Part shown: in pieces, positions 15,166-25,081 of the stretch
How positions within the stretch are numbered: position 1 is the first letter of the stretch
Layout of the letters: each line of letters begins with the position of its first letter
Source: Candidatus Pacearchaeota archaeon
GTDB taxonomy: Archaea > Nanobdellota > Nanobdellia > Pacearchaeales > GW2011-AR1
Length of the DNA stretch: 54,058 nt
Reading direction: 5' to 3'
Assembly: GCA_042218235.1 (NCBI GenBank)
Contig: JBDGRI010000023.1
Location: 1-54,058 of the forward strand
Notes under the pieces: model-generated
Seen by the model: only the letters and a program-made list of their open reading frames with translations
What the model was told of the DNA's origin: nothing
Databases searched by the model: none
Translations under genes and position numbers: made by a program

Positions 15166-17979
15166 TTATTCAACCTCTATACTTATCAACCCTCTTTTTC
15201 CTTTTATATTGAACTCATTATTGTTTTTAAATTTTTCTTTTGTGCCTGTTTCAATTTCAAGTTCTTTTGAGTTTGTTCTTTCCCAAAGGAAGGAGTTCAT
15301 TTGTTCTAGTTTTTCTCTCAAATCTTCCTCGACAATTAGTTGTAATTTTATTTGGTCTTCTTGGCTTAGCCCTAGTTTCTTTCGGAAGGCTTGAACTTTT
15401 CGGGAGACTTCTCTTGCATAGCCTTCGGCTTCTAGTTCGGGAGTTAAGTTGGTGTCAAGTTCTACATTCATTTCTCCGTAATTTTCGTCTTTTTTTAATT
15501 CGTAATCTCTTATGTTTAATTGCGATTTGATTATCTCTTCAAGTCCTTCGGTATTTAGTGGTTTGTTTGAGTAAATTGTTGCTTTTGGTAAAGGCCATTT
15601 TAAGCCGATTTCTTTTTGGTTTCTTTCTGCTAAGCCTGCTTCTATTATGTCGAAAGCTGTTTGGAATTTTTCTTCTGTTTCTGCGTCTGTTTTATCGTCG
15701 CTGTAAGAAGGCCATTCTGACAAGTGTATAGAATCTCTTGAAAAGTTTCTGAAGATGTATTCGGGCAAGTGAGGAGCAAAGGGTGCTAGTAATAGTGAGA
15801 CTTTTTCTAAAACTTCGCCTAGAATTTGTTTTGTGTCATCTCTTTCACGAGTCATTTTAATGTAGCCTTTAGAGAAGTCTTTTACTACAAAGTCCGATAG
15901 TTTTTCGAAAGCGTTGTTTAGTGAGAAGTTTTCTAGTTCCTCGGTTACTTCCTTAACAGTTGAATTTAATCTGCTTAGGATCCATTTGTCTTCGATTTTT
16001 TCTTCAGGAGATTTGTCATGGAGTTGTTGGTAGTATTTGTTACAGTTGTAGAGAGTATTTAGGAAAGGTATGACTTGTTCTTTCATTAAGTTGTAAGAGA
16101 ACCTTTTTTGGTTTCCTGCGTCTGCTGTGAAAAATTGTAGTCGCGTAGCGTCGATGCCTGCTTTTTCTTTTATTTCTGCCGGACTTATTACATTGCCTTT
16201 GGATTTTGACATCTTGTTTCCGTTTTCATCCACCACATGGCCGGCGCAAACAACGTTCTTGTAAGCTGGTTTGTCGAATAGGGTTGTTGAGAGAACGTGC
16301 ATTGTGTAAAACCAGCCTCGCGTTTGGTCGATTGCTTCTGAGATGTAATCGTAAGGGTAACGCCTGTTGTGGAAGTATTCTTGATTTTCGAAAGGATAGT
16401 GTAGCTGTGCAAAATGGGCAGCTCCTGAGTCATACCAACAGTCGATTACATCGGAGATTCTTTCCATTTCGCCGCCACAGTCGCAGTTGAATTTGATATT
16501 GTCTACCCAAGGTCTGTGTAAATCTATTTCTTCTTCAGAAATTTCGGAATTTGCTTTTTCTTTTAGCTCTTGAATGCTTCCTACAATTTCTTCTTTATTA
16601 CATGAAGAACATCTCCAGACTGGTAAAGGGGTTCCCCAGAATTTAAATCTCGATAAAGTCCAGTCTTTAGCATTTTCAAGCCATTTCCCGAAACGACCGT
16701 CTTTGATATGTGAAGGGTTCCAGTTTATTTCTTGATTTAGTTCTACAAGCCGATTTTTTACATCAGTAACTTTTACGAACCAAGAGTTTAAGCCGTAGTA
16801 AAGTAAAGGCGTGTCGCAACGCCAGCAGTGAGGGTAATTGTGGGTTGTTTTTTCTTTTTTGAAAAGGAGTTTTCTGTCTTTTAGGTCGTTGATTATATCT
16901 TTGTCAGCGTCTTTTACGTATTTGCCTTGTAAGAATTTAGGAACCATGTCTAGGAATTTTCCGTCCTGGCCTACCGTGTGGACTTCCGGCAGGTTTTTTT
17001 CTTTTCCTAAGTTGTAGTCGTCTTCGCCGTACATTACTGCTGTGTGGACAACGCCGGTTCCTTCGTCGGTTGTTACGAAGTTTGCCGAAACGATTTGATA
17101 AGAGTTTTCGTTTTTTAGTTCTTCTATGTCGTAGAGTGGTTCGTATTCTTTACCTACTAGTTCAGATCCTTGGAATTCTTCTAAGGTCTTATAGTCGGCC
17201 TCAATTAGTTCCAGGGTTTCTTTTGCTAAAATTAGCTTGTCGCCGTCCGGTAACTCGATTTTAGTATAAGTTATTTCAGGGTTTACTGCTAAAGCAACGT
17301 TTCCCGGTAAAGTCCAAGGAGTTGTTGTCCATGCTAGCACGTACGTGTCTGAGCCGTCCTTGAGCTTGAAAGCTACGTAAACTGAGTCTTCGGTTTTTTC
17401 TTTATATCCTTGAGCTACTTCGTGGCCTGAAAGAGGCGTTCCGCATCTTGTACAATAAGGGAGGATTTTATAGCCTTCATAGAGAAGTTTTCTGTTGTAA
17501 AGCTCTTTCAAACTCCACCAAACACTTTCAATGTAGTTGTTGTCTAAAGTTACGTAAGGGTTTTCTAAGTCTATCCAATAATCTAGATCTCTAGTTGATT
17601 GATTCCATTCTTCAATGTTTGACCAAACGTCTGACCGGCATTTTTTCGTGAATTTTTCTACCCCATAATTTTCAACATCGCTTTTGCTATTAGTTCCTAG
17701 TTTCTTTTCAACTTGAACTTCGACTGGTAGGCCGTGGCAATCCCAACCACCTTTTCTCGGGACTGAGTAGCCTTGCATAAACTTGAATTTGTTTATTATG
17801 TCTTTGAAAGTCCGGACTTCTAAATGGTGTAAGGCCGGCGGGGCGTTTGCTGTCGGAGGTCCTTCTAAGAAAGAAAAAATTTCCTTATTTTCGTCATCCT
17901 GAACAGCTTCTTTGACCTTTTCTTGGTTATTGTCCAATAATTCCTTTGCTGCATCTTCAACTTCTTTAAAATCGTACAT
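15166..17979 (-). CDS. ileS: isoleucyl-tRNA synthetase
   Basis: 937 aa with WTTTPWTLPGN, CWRCDTPL, KMSKSKGN and GWDCHGLPVE. The HIGH position reads ALHH (see findings). Confidence 0.85.
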   Translation of the reverse strand: MYDFKEVEDAAKELLDNNQEKVKEAVQDDENKEIFSFLEGPPTANAPPALHHLEVRTFKDIINKFKFMQGYSVPRKGGWDCHGLPVEVQVEKKLGTNSKSDVENYGVEKFTKKCRSDVWSNIEEWNQSTRDLDYWIDLENPYVTLDNNYIESVWWSLKELYNRKLLYEGYKILPYCTRCGTPLSGHEVAQGYKEKTEDSVYVAFKLKDGSDTYVLAWTTTPWTLPGNVALAVNPEITYTKIELPDGDKLILAKETLELIEADYKTLEEFQGSELVGKEYEPLYDIEELKNENSYQIVSANFVTTDEGTGVVHTAVMYGEDDYNLGKEKNLPEVHTVGQDGKFLDMVPKFLQGKYVKDADKDIINDLKDRKLLFKKEKTTHNYPHCWRCDTPLLYYGLNSWFVKVTDVKNRLVELNQEINWNPSHIKDGRFGKWLENAKDWTLSRFKFWGTPLPVWRCSSCNKEEIVGSIQELKEKANSEISEEEIDLHRPWVDNIKFNCDCGGEMERISDVIDCWYDSGAAHFAQLHYPFENQEYFHNRRYPYDYISEAIDQTRGWFYTMHVLSTTLFDKPAYKNVVCAGHVVDENGNKMSKSKGNVISPAEIKEKAGIDATRLQFFTADAGNQKRFSYNLMKEQVIPFLNTLYNCNKYYQQLHDKSPEEKIEDKWILSRLNSTVKEVTEELENFSLNNAFEKLSDFVVKDFSKGYIKMTRERDDTKQILGEVLEKVSLLLAPFAPHLPEYIFRNFSRDSIHLSEWPSYSDDKTDAETEEKFQTAFDIIEAGLAERNQKEIGLKWPLPKATIYSNKPLNTEGLEEIIKSQLNIRDYELKKDENYGEMNVELDTNLTPELEAEGYAREVSRKVQAFRKKLGLSQEDQIKLQLIVEEDLREKLEQMNSFLWERTNSKELEIETGTKEKFKNNNEFNIKGKRGLISIEVE

Positions 17980-18063
17980 AGTTTTTTAGAAAAAGAAGGA
18001 TTATTTAAAAGCTATGGAAAACCGCCACTTATTTTGACTTTTGTCCTATAAATATTTAAAGGA

Positions 18064-18387
18064 TTGGCTTTTTTATCCCATATGGCTCTTAAAGACATAG
18101 GGAAACTTGTTTGTAACCTTTCCAAGAGTAAACAGAAAGAGTTTAAAGAACAACTTAGAGAAACATTAAATGACCAGCGAACTTATTTTATGATGGGCGG
18201 AAGCGATTATGTTCGTGTTCCACAACATGATTTGTATAGAATAAAGAAGAATCTCTATAAAACTTTATTTTTGGGAAGCAAAAACTTTGTTAAGCCGAAG
18301 AATGATTTTGCAGACTATATTAAAGAAAACAAAAGCTGTAGTCTTCCGCACAATGGTTTAAAAAGTTACGGTTTTGGGAAAGTTTAA
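18064..18387 (+). CDS. hypothetical protein
   Basis: 107-aa ORF whose stop overlaps the next start (TAATG). Confidence 0.4.
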   Translation: MAFLSHMALKDIGKLVCNLSKSKQKEFKEQLRETLNDQRTYFMMGGSDYVRVPQHDLYRIKKNLYKTLFLGSKNFVKPKNDFADYIKENKSCSLPHNGLKSYGFGKV

Positions 18388-18911
18388 TGGAACTAATAAT
18401 TTGGTTTTTTGCAGGACTTTGTTTTTTAGGACTTCTTTTGTCGATATTTTTTTTACTTCCTTTTCTTGTAGGGGCCCCTTACGAACCTAGTAGAGGCAAA
18501 GACCTGGATAAAATGGTAGAATTCTCTAAACCTGAAGACGGAGATAAAATTGCCGAGCTTGGTTCTGGAGACGGGGGTGTCTGTATTCGTTTAGCAGAAT
18601 CTGTTAATTCGGGAAATATTGAGATTCATGGTTATGAGTTGAACCCTTTTTTGGTTTGGATTTCGCGTTTACGTGTAAGAAGGAAGGGTTTAAGAGGTAG
18701 AGCATTTATTCATTGGAAGAATTTTTTCAAAGTGGATTTGGGCGGTTTTAACAAAGTTGTTTTATTCCAGTTCAAAACAGTTATGCGCAAGATATCTAGA
18801 AAGTTTAACAAAGAGCTCAAAACCGGCAGTAGGATAGTTTCGCATGAATGGAGGCTTCCCGGCTGGAAAATAAAGAAAAAGTGGAGAAAGATCTATTTGT
18901 ATGAAACCTAA
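18387..18911 (+). CDS. membrane-anchored class I SAM-dependent methyltransferase-like protein
   Basis: N-terminal TM segment plus motif I IAELGSGDGGV. Confidence 0.5.
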   Translation: MELIIWFFAGLCFLGLLLSIFFLLPFLVGAPYEPSRGKDLDKMVEFSKPEDGDKIAELGSGDGGVCIRLAESVNSGNIEIHGYELNPFLVWISRLRVRRKGLRGRAFIHWKNFFKVDLGGFNKVVLFQFKTVMRKISRKFNKELKTGSRIVSHEWRLPGWKIKKKWRKIYLYET

Positions 18912-18942
18912 AAGTTAAGAATTAAGATGTCTTTTAACAACT

Positions 18943-19710
18943 ATGTTTGACACTTACATTGCAGTTGATTGGTCGGCTAAAAACAAACCAGGCTCTAGAA
19001 AGCCACAAGAAGATGCTATTTGGGTAGCCGTAAAACAAAAATCAATAAGAACATATTATTTCAGAACAAGGCATAATTTCAAAAAGTTCATAACAAGATT
19101 TCTTAAAAAAGACCGTGGAAGGGTTCTAATAGGGTTTGATTTTTGTTTGGGTTTCCCAAGCGGATTTGCAGAATTAATAGGGAAAAGCGACTGGAAAGGT
19201 GTTTGGCATGAGATAGACAGGGTTATAGATGACAATCACGACAACTCAAACAATCGTTTCGAAGGAGCTGCAAGACTAAATTCGGCAAGGGGTCCGTTTT
19301 ACGGTAGACCTGATTCTAAAGATTATAAAAGCCTTCCTAAATACTCTCCTAGGTTTCCCTTCAAGGGAATTAACAAAGTGAGGAAAACCGAAATAGGGCT
19401 GGGAGTACAGCCTGTCTGGAAGCTTCTAGGACACGGAAGCGTAGGAAGCCAATCTTTATTGGGAATAAAAATGCTCAAGCAATTAAGGTTCGACATTTTA
19501 CGAGACATAAGAGTCTGGCCTTTCGAAAAAACAGCCAACTCAAAGATAGTAATGGCAGAAATATGGCCCGGAATAATTAAGGACAGGATAAAGAATTACG
19601 ACATAAAAGACAAAAAACAAGTTATTGAGAGCGTAAAGTTTATGGAAAAAATTGAAGTTAAGGATTTTAAAGGATTATCTGGTGAGGAAGGATGGATATT
19701 AGGTGCCTAA
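18943..19710 (+). CDS. hypothetical protein (possibly DUF429/RNase-H-like fold)
   Basis: 255 aa. The N-terminal YIAVDWSA resembles the DUF429 family, but this assignment is weak. Confidence 0.35.
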   Translation: MFDTYIAVDWSAKNKPGSRKPQEDAIWVAVKQKSIRTYYFRTRHNFKKFITRFLKKDRGRVLIGFDFCLGFPSGFAELIGKSDWKGVWHEIDRVIDDNHDNSNNRFEGAARLNSARGPFYGRPDSKDYKSLPKYSPRFPFKGINKVRKTEIGLGVQPVWKLLGHGSVGSQSLLGIKMLKQLRFDILRDIRVWPFEKTANSKIVMAEIWPGIIKDRIKNYDIKDKKQVIESVKFMEKIEVKDFKGLSGEEGWILGA

Positions 19711-21140
19711 ACCTCCTTTGTAACAGGAAAATCCCTTTTGCTAGCAGTTGTAGATAAAGAGAGTTTTTTATAAATGTCTGGGTTGTTCCTTAAATAATCT
19801 CTAGAATCTTTATTTAATTTTTTATAAATCTTAATAGCCTTATCTCTTTCAATTTCGTAATCGATAACACGAGCCATATAACTTTTAATCTCTGTTTGTG
19901 TCCTCTTTTTAGGATTTTTCTTTATATCTTCTATATCGAAATCACGTAATTCTGGAACATATTTAAGGATAAACTCGCAATTAGGATCATTTTCATTTAT
20001 GTGGGTTGTAGGGTTATGTATGTTATTTGGATGTACCCCAACTAGTCCGCAATGCATTTGCCACTGGGAGTAATTGATTCCGACATCAGAGTCTATCAAA
20101 TGATAATGCATAAAGTCAGCTCCTATATTCCATGGTTGTTTTAAAATGTAAGTAAAGAAGGTAGCAAGGGTAGCCCTCATTCTAAAATTAATGAAACCTA
20201 TTTTTACCAAAGCCCTCACTGAAGCATCTATTAAAGGATACCCGGTCTTCCCATTTTTCCAAGCATCTATCAAAACCGAATTCTCCGAGTAGAGAGTATC
20301 ATAGCTATTTTCAAATATTGGGTTTGCGGCCTCATGTATTAGTTTAGGGTTATCTTGAAGCTTCTGAATAAAATGCTGATTGAAAAATAGCCGCTTCTTA
20401 AATGACTCTTTTTGTTTAAAATCTAATTTATCGATTTCTTGAAAGGCCCTTCTTAACGAGAGAGTCCCTAAAGAAAAGTGTGCAGAGAGCCTAGAAGTAC
20501 CGCTTTCAGACCAGGGCAAGTACTCTATGGATTTATTATAATCTTTAAGGCCTAGTTTAAAACTTTCCAAAAGTTTTAATGCTTGTTCTGTTCCACCCTT
20601 TGGGACTTCTTCCTTCTCTTTATTACAATTTAAAAAACGAGGAATATCGTCGATATTTATTTCTGAATAATCATATGTAGACTTGATCTTACTTGGCTCC
20701 TCATACTCTTCAGAATAAAAAAATTTCTTACAATTTTTATGCCAATTTTTTCTCCCACTTCTCTGAATTCCATCGCAATCAAATCCAAAGAAACCCGATT
20801 TCAAGAGTTCCTCATCAGATGGGTGACCTCTTGGGTCTCTGTTAAAGTAAACCGAAGCATTTAGTTTTTTAGACAATTCCTTAAGCTTTTCTAAAACATC
20901 CCCCATTATAATGTTTAAAGAAGAGCCTTTAGATACATATTGACCATTTAAATCTTTTAAAGACTCTACTAAAAAATTATTTTTATCGGGGCAATATTTA
21001 GGTCTCCAACTTTCTAAAGACCCAGTCTCTTGGGAAATTACGTAAACTGGAATAACTTGCCCGTGCTTATGAGCTTGATTTAGGGCCTTGTTGTCATGGG
21101 TCCTTAGGTCTTTTCGGTGAAATAATATTATCTTTCCCAT
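19707..21140 (-). CDS. cryptochrome/photolyase-family protein
   Basis: 477 aa with N-terminal ILFHRKDLRTHDNKAL and a FAD-binding domain (FMHYHLIDSDVGINYSQWQ). Confidence 0.75.
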   Translation of the reverse strand: MGKIILFHRKDLRTHDNKALNQAHKHGQVIPVYVISQETGSLESWRPKYCPDKNNFLVESLKDLNGQYVSKGSSLNIIMGDVLEKLKELSKKLNASVYFNRDPRGHPSDEELLKSGFFGFDCDGIQRSGRKNWHKNCKKFFYSEEYEEPSKIKSTYDYSEINIDDIPRFLNCNKEKEEVPKGGTEQALKLLESFKLGLKDYNKSIEYLPWSESGTSRLSAHFSLGTLSLRRAFQEIDKLDFKQKESFKKRLFFNQHFIQKLQDNPKLIHEAANPIFENSYDTLYSENSVLIDAWKNGKTGYPLIDASVRALVKIGFINFRMRATLATFFTYILKQPWNIGADFMHYHLIDSDVGINYSQWQMHCGLVGVHPNNIHNPTTHINENDPNCEFILKYVPELRDFDIEDIKKNPKKRTQTEIKSYMARVIDYEIERDKAIKIYKKLNKDSRDYLRNNPDIYKKLSLSTTASKRDFPVTKEV

Positions 21141-21170
21141 AAAACTAGCTCGATTTTGGAATTTAAAACA

Positions 21171-22142
21171 CTAATCCCCATGACTATAACTAATTTTTTC
21201 CAAAGCGGGTTTAGTTGGATCGTGTTTATTGTAGAATTGCTTTCGCTCTTCTATCTTTGTAACGTATGGGTCATCAGGATCTCCATTCGCACTACTGCCT
21301 TGGTTGTATCTTTCAATTGCCTCGTCCCAGGTTCCATGCCTTCTCTTTAGAGTCGAGAGGAATTTTCCAGCAGCTTTAATGCTTTCTTCTGGGTCGAACC
21401 TTTCATCCATTTCAGATAATTTTTTGTAGTCGTGGTTGTATTCCTCTACAAGATTTGACAGTCTCTTTCCATGAGCCGAGTCTTTTCCAGTACTATACGA
21501 ATCTCCTCTTACATCTAAGTCATATGCCCTACCAGTTCCAGGTTGGAATTGACCGAGGCCTACGCCCCCATCGGGACTTACAGCCGTTACTCTTCCACCT
21601 GACTCTTGCATAATTATCGCTTTAAGTGTTCCCGTAGGAATATTGTACTTATTCTCTACCTTATCAAGTTGATCGTCCCACCTATAAGTCCTTTGGAATT
21701 TGCCCAGTTGGGTCCAAGCCGGCATTGTTACCTTTATTTCTTTATTCTCATTGGGTCTTAATAATTCATCAACAATAAAGTTTTCTTGGTAAGGAGTGAC
21801 TTGTTCTATATTGTTCTTATCTTTACTAAATTCTGAATTTTCTGCAGTTGAACTTGTGCCGATATATTGAGGAGCAAACGCACCCCAAAGAGGAATTAAT
21901 ATCTGCAAAGCGGTCTTCGTGGGAATCATAAATTTTTTTAGAGGGTCCAATCCTGGAATTTTCCAAGATTTATTGCTAGAGGATTCATTTTGAATTTTTC
22001 TTTTGGAACCTAGATAAACTTGATTTTTTAGATTCGTGTGTTTCAACATACGCCTAGCTATTTTAGAACCGTAAAGGAAATCCTGGAGCATATTTTTAGA
22101 AGATTCTCCTTCACCTCTTAATTTCCCGACGAGATTTTTCAT
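21171..22142 (-). CDS. SLT-domain lytic transglycosylase-like protein
   Basis: 323 aa with one TM segment. Motifs are IMQESGG (catalytic Glu-Ser), GLGQFQPGT and RYNQG. Confidence 0.7.
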   Translation of the reverse strand: MKNLVGKLRGEGESSKNMLQDFLYGSKIARRMLKHTNLKNQVYLGSKRKIQNESSSNKSWKIPGLDPLKKFMIPTKTALQILIPLWGAFAPQYIGTSSTAENSEFSKDKNNIEQVTPYQENFIVDELLRPNENKEIKVTMPAWTQLGKFQRTYRWDDQLDKVENKYNIPTGTLKAIIMQESGGRVTAVSPDGGVGLGQFQPGTGRAYDLDVRGDSYSTGKDSAHGKRLSNLVEEYNHDYKKLSEMDERFDPEESIKAAGKFLSTLKRRHGTWDEAIERYNQGSSANGDPDDPYVTKIEERKQFYNKHDPTKPALEKISYSHGD

Positions 22143-22213
22143 AGTCGCTTGCAGAGGTTACTCCCATTTATAAAAGTTTTTATATTTCTCGAGGGAAAAA
22201 GTTCGTATAAGAA

Positions 22214-22723
22214 CTATCTTCTTATTATTTCGTGAGAATCAAGATATCTGGGTTGTGTTTGTTCAGGTTCTATTTGTTCCGAAATTGTTATTGAAGCATG
22301 CATTTTGTCTTTTTCGGGCTTGCCCCAGTATTCAGAGATTCTAATGGCCTGGGGGTCGCCCGCCATTAATTCAGCGTTTTCGTCTGTTAAGTTCTTGGAT
22401 TGATAGCTTATTCTTTTTCCGTCGGCATTGTAGTCTTGAGATTTGATTATGTTAGTTCGGCTTCCATCAAAGTAATAGAAAGGTGCCTCTTCTGAATCTT
22501 TAGGATTTCCAAAATTTTCTTTCAACATGTTTTCAAGTTGGTTTAATCCTTCATCTTCAAGGTTCTTTATTACCCATTCATATTTTATTTGAGATATGTC
22601 CGCTGGTTCTTTTTTTAGAAAGGCTTCATGGTTTTTCCCGTTTAGATTGAATCCTATTAAAGGATTATAGTTGTCTCCTTCACCTTCTTCAAATCCTGGT
22701 AGGTGGTTGTATTCGTTGTTCAT
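22214..22723 (-). CDS. hypothetical protein
   Basis: 169 aa. Its start overlaps the upstream SLT gene by 4 nt. Confidence 0.5.
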   Translation of the reverse strand: MNNEYNHLPGFEEGEGDNYNPLIGFNLNGKNHEAFLKKEPADISQIKYEWVIKNLEDEGLNQLENMLKENFGNPKDSEEAPFYYFDGSRTNIIKSQDYNADGKRISYQSKNLTDENAELMAGDPQAIRISEYWGKPEKDKMHASITISEQIEPEQTQPRYLDSHEIIRR

Positions 22724-23682
22724 TTTATGTTTTCTTTATAGTATTCTCTGAATTTTTGGAATCTTCTCACATGAGATGTTTCTGAAGGTTTTTCTGCAGG
22801 AGAACCCAAATTATAGGCTGAAACTGCTTCCTTCAGTCCCCCGTATCTGTCAATAAGGGTTTCCATATATTTTGCAGCCGCATCGGAGCTTTTTACAACA
22901 TGGAATCTTTCATCAACTTTTGCAAGGTCTTTGTATTGATATCCATGTTCTTCGCATATCTTTCTCAGTGATTTTGCATGGTTAGTATCTGCCCCCATAG
23001 CATTAGATTCTCCTCTAACGTCTAGACCATATGCTCTTGCTGTTCCTGGCTGAAATTGATATAGTCCAGCACCCCCATCTCCGGGAGTGTTTAACTGTAC
23101 AGGATTTCCATGAGATTCTGTCATGGCTAAAGGTCCTAGAGTATGTCTCGGTATGTCGTACTCTCTCTCAAATTTCTGGTAAATATCTTTAAATCTTCTT
23201 GCTCTCTGAAATTTCCCTTCCATTGAAAGTCTAGAGGAGTTTATTCCTTCGAAGGTCTTTTCTTTTCCTTTTTCTTTGTCAGGATTTGGCCTTTCCTTTT
23301 TTTCAGAAATTTTTTCAGAAGGATTGAAATCATTATAGATATTTGAAACTTCATTTGAGAGTCCTGATGCTCCAGTTATAATTGTTGCTCCCAAAAGTGC
23401 TGTTGATATAGCATTTGTGGCTGCGGGCCTCCATTTTTCTGAAGCTTTATTTCTTAGCCCATTGATTTTTTCTGAAGCCTTTGAGACCAGGCCTTTTTGG
23501 TTTGCCGCGTATATTCCAATTGAGCTGGCACCGAAGGTTAATAGCTGTAAGGGTTCTGAGAAATCTTGAGAGGCTACATATTCAGATGATCCGAATGCTC
23601 CATTAACCGCTCCTATATTTATTGCAAATTTTGCCGCTCCTTCTGTTACTTTGTCTAAAAGACTCTTTCCTGCTTTTGCCAT
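22720..23682 (-). CDS. SLT-domain lytic transglycosylase-like protein (paralog)
   Basis: 320 aa with AMTESHGN, GLYQFQPGTARAYGLDVRG and AYNLG motifs. Confidence 0.7.
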   Translation of the reverse strand: MAKAGKSLLDKVTEGAAKFAINIGAVNGAFGSSEYVASQDFSEPLQLLTFGASSIGIYAANQKGLVSKASEKINGLRNKASEKWRPAATNAISTALLGATIITGASGLSNEVSNIYNDFNPSEKISEKKERPNPDKEKGKEKTFEGINSSRLSMEGKFQRARRFKDIYQKFEREYDIPRHTLGPLAMTESHGNPVQLNTPGDGGAGLYQFQPGTARAYGLDVRGESNAMGADTNHAKSLRKICEEHGYQYKDLAKVDERFHVVKSSDAAAKYMETLIDRYGGLKEAVSAYNLGSPAEKPSETSHVRRFQKFREYYKENIK

Positions 23683-23748
23683 ACCAAAGCAAGACTTAGG
23701 CTATTTTTAAACTTTTCGTTTTGTTGTCACTTTTTAATTTATACAGAA

Positions 23749-24465
23749 TTAGATTGAGAAATTCTCTAAGAATTCTTTTTCGGTTTTGTGCAGCTCCGCT
23801 GGAAGAATTATACAGAAAGGGTTTTGGATTTCGGTTTCTTTTAGGCTTTGAGGATTTCCGTAGGCTATTTTGGAGTTTTGTGTTCCGAGAGATTGGCAAG
23901 CTATAATTGAGTCGATTTGGAATTCGTGGTTTTTGGAGGATTCTTTTAGTTGTTCGGCGGCTTCGTGGAAAGGCATCCCTATGTCGCAGAGTATTAGTGT
24001 GTGAGCGTTTATTTGAGAGTTTTGTTTGGCTATTTCGATAAAGCTTTCGGGCTTGTAGCTTGTTTTCCATTTGGGCATCGAGGCGGTTTTTCCGAATTTG
24101 TAGAGCTGGAGACCTGTTTCTGCTATTGCGTCGATGATTGAGGCATTGTGTATGACTTCATAGCTTACTGAGAGATTTTGACATTCCTCTATTAGAGAGA
24201 TGTGGGTTGTTGCTGCCAGAGGACTTCCGTAGACCAGTAATGCGACATTTTGGTCTTGTGCTTCTCGAGGAATTTCGGTGCTTTCGACTATATTTCGGTC
24301 TGCGTCATGGATTTCAGTATCGAGTTTTTCTTCGAGTTCTTCGCGAGAATAAGGAAAATCTACCGTGTAGGATTCCAGGTAAATCTTGTCTGAATTTTTT
24401 ATTGCCTCTAATCCTTCTTGCGTTATTGAGTTTAGGTCCATGCCGAGACCTATTATGTATAGCAT
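23749..24465 (-). CDS. dphB: diphthine synthase
   Basis: 238 aa with N-terminal MLYIIGLGMD...EGLEAIK...IYLESYT and a tetrapyrrole-methylase fold. Confidence 0.85.
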   Translation of the reverse strand: MLYIIGLGMDLNSITQEGLEAIKNSDKIYLESYTVDFPYSREELEEKLDTEIHDADRNIVESTEIPREAQDQNVALLVYGSPLAATTHISLIEECQNLSVSYEVIHNASIIDAIAETGLQLYKFGKTASMPKWKTSYKPESFIEIAKQNSQINAHTLILCDIGMPFHEAAEQLKESSKNHEFQIDSIIACQSLGTQNSKIAYGNPQSLKETEIQNPFCIILPAELHKTEKEFLENFSI

Positions 24466-24573
24466 GTTTTTTTGGATGAAGAAGTGTTTTTAGGGTTTTG
24501 TGTTGTAATTCTAAAGTCATTAAATACCGAAAAGTTTAAAAAACATATTTTGTTATTTTTGATAGGTAATAAA

Positions 24574-24969
24574 ATGAGACATGGATATTTGAAACCAAGT
24601 GATGTGAAGACAAGTGACGGAAGCCTTAAACCGAGCCAAAGCGATTATCTTAGCTTTAGGAATCAAGACTATGGTTCTTCCAATATTTGGGATTCTGTGA
24701 AGAAAGGAGGAGCAATTTTGTTAGGCACTTTGGGTACATTGGCAGCTGTTTATTCCTTTTCAGGATGCAATAGTGTAGATGGTTCTCAGGTGGAAGCCGG
24801 TAATCTTGAAAAAATGAGTATCGAGCGAAAAGAAAATTCTCGTGGTTTCGAGGTTCCAAAAGGAAATAGCGAGATTTATGGAACCTCAAAAGAACTGAAC
24901 AAATATGAAATGGATTTCAATAATCCCGGAGAAGGTAGTTCTTTTATTCAAACATATAGCCAGAAATGA
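24574..24969 (+). CDS. hypothetical membrane-anchored protein
   Basis: The track ORF starts at 24472, but ATG 24574 lies about 30 nt after an AAAGTTTAAAAAAC box. It has one TM segment. Confidence 0.45.
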   Translation: MRHGYLKPSDVKTSDGSLKPSQSDYLSFRNQDYGSSNIWDSVKKGGAILLGTLGTLAAVYSFSGCNSVDGSQVEAGNLEKMSIERKENSRGFEVPKGNSEIYGTSKELNKYEMDFNNPGEGSSFIQTYSQK

Positions 24970-25081
24970 CTAGATTTTAAACCATTTCTTTTTGAGTTGT
25001 TTTAGGTACTTTTCTTGGACGGGATTTTTCTTTCGAGTTCGTTAAGGCTGTTTTTGTATTCTTTCTCTCTTAAGTTGTAAA

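Noticed and set aside
15209-17264. Several 60-96-aa ORFs inside ileS on either strand (and similar ones inside argS, smc and the photolyase gene)
   Set aside because: They are nested in strongly supported long genes and have Leu/Phe/Ser-rich off-frame composition.
23696-24070. 124-aa basic ORF on the minus strand
   Set aside because: It lies in an alternative frame almost entirely inside the well-supported diphthine synthase gene. Its Arg/Lys/Asn-rich sequence is typical of off-frame reading.
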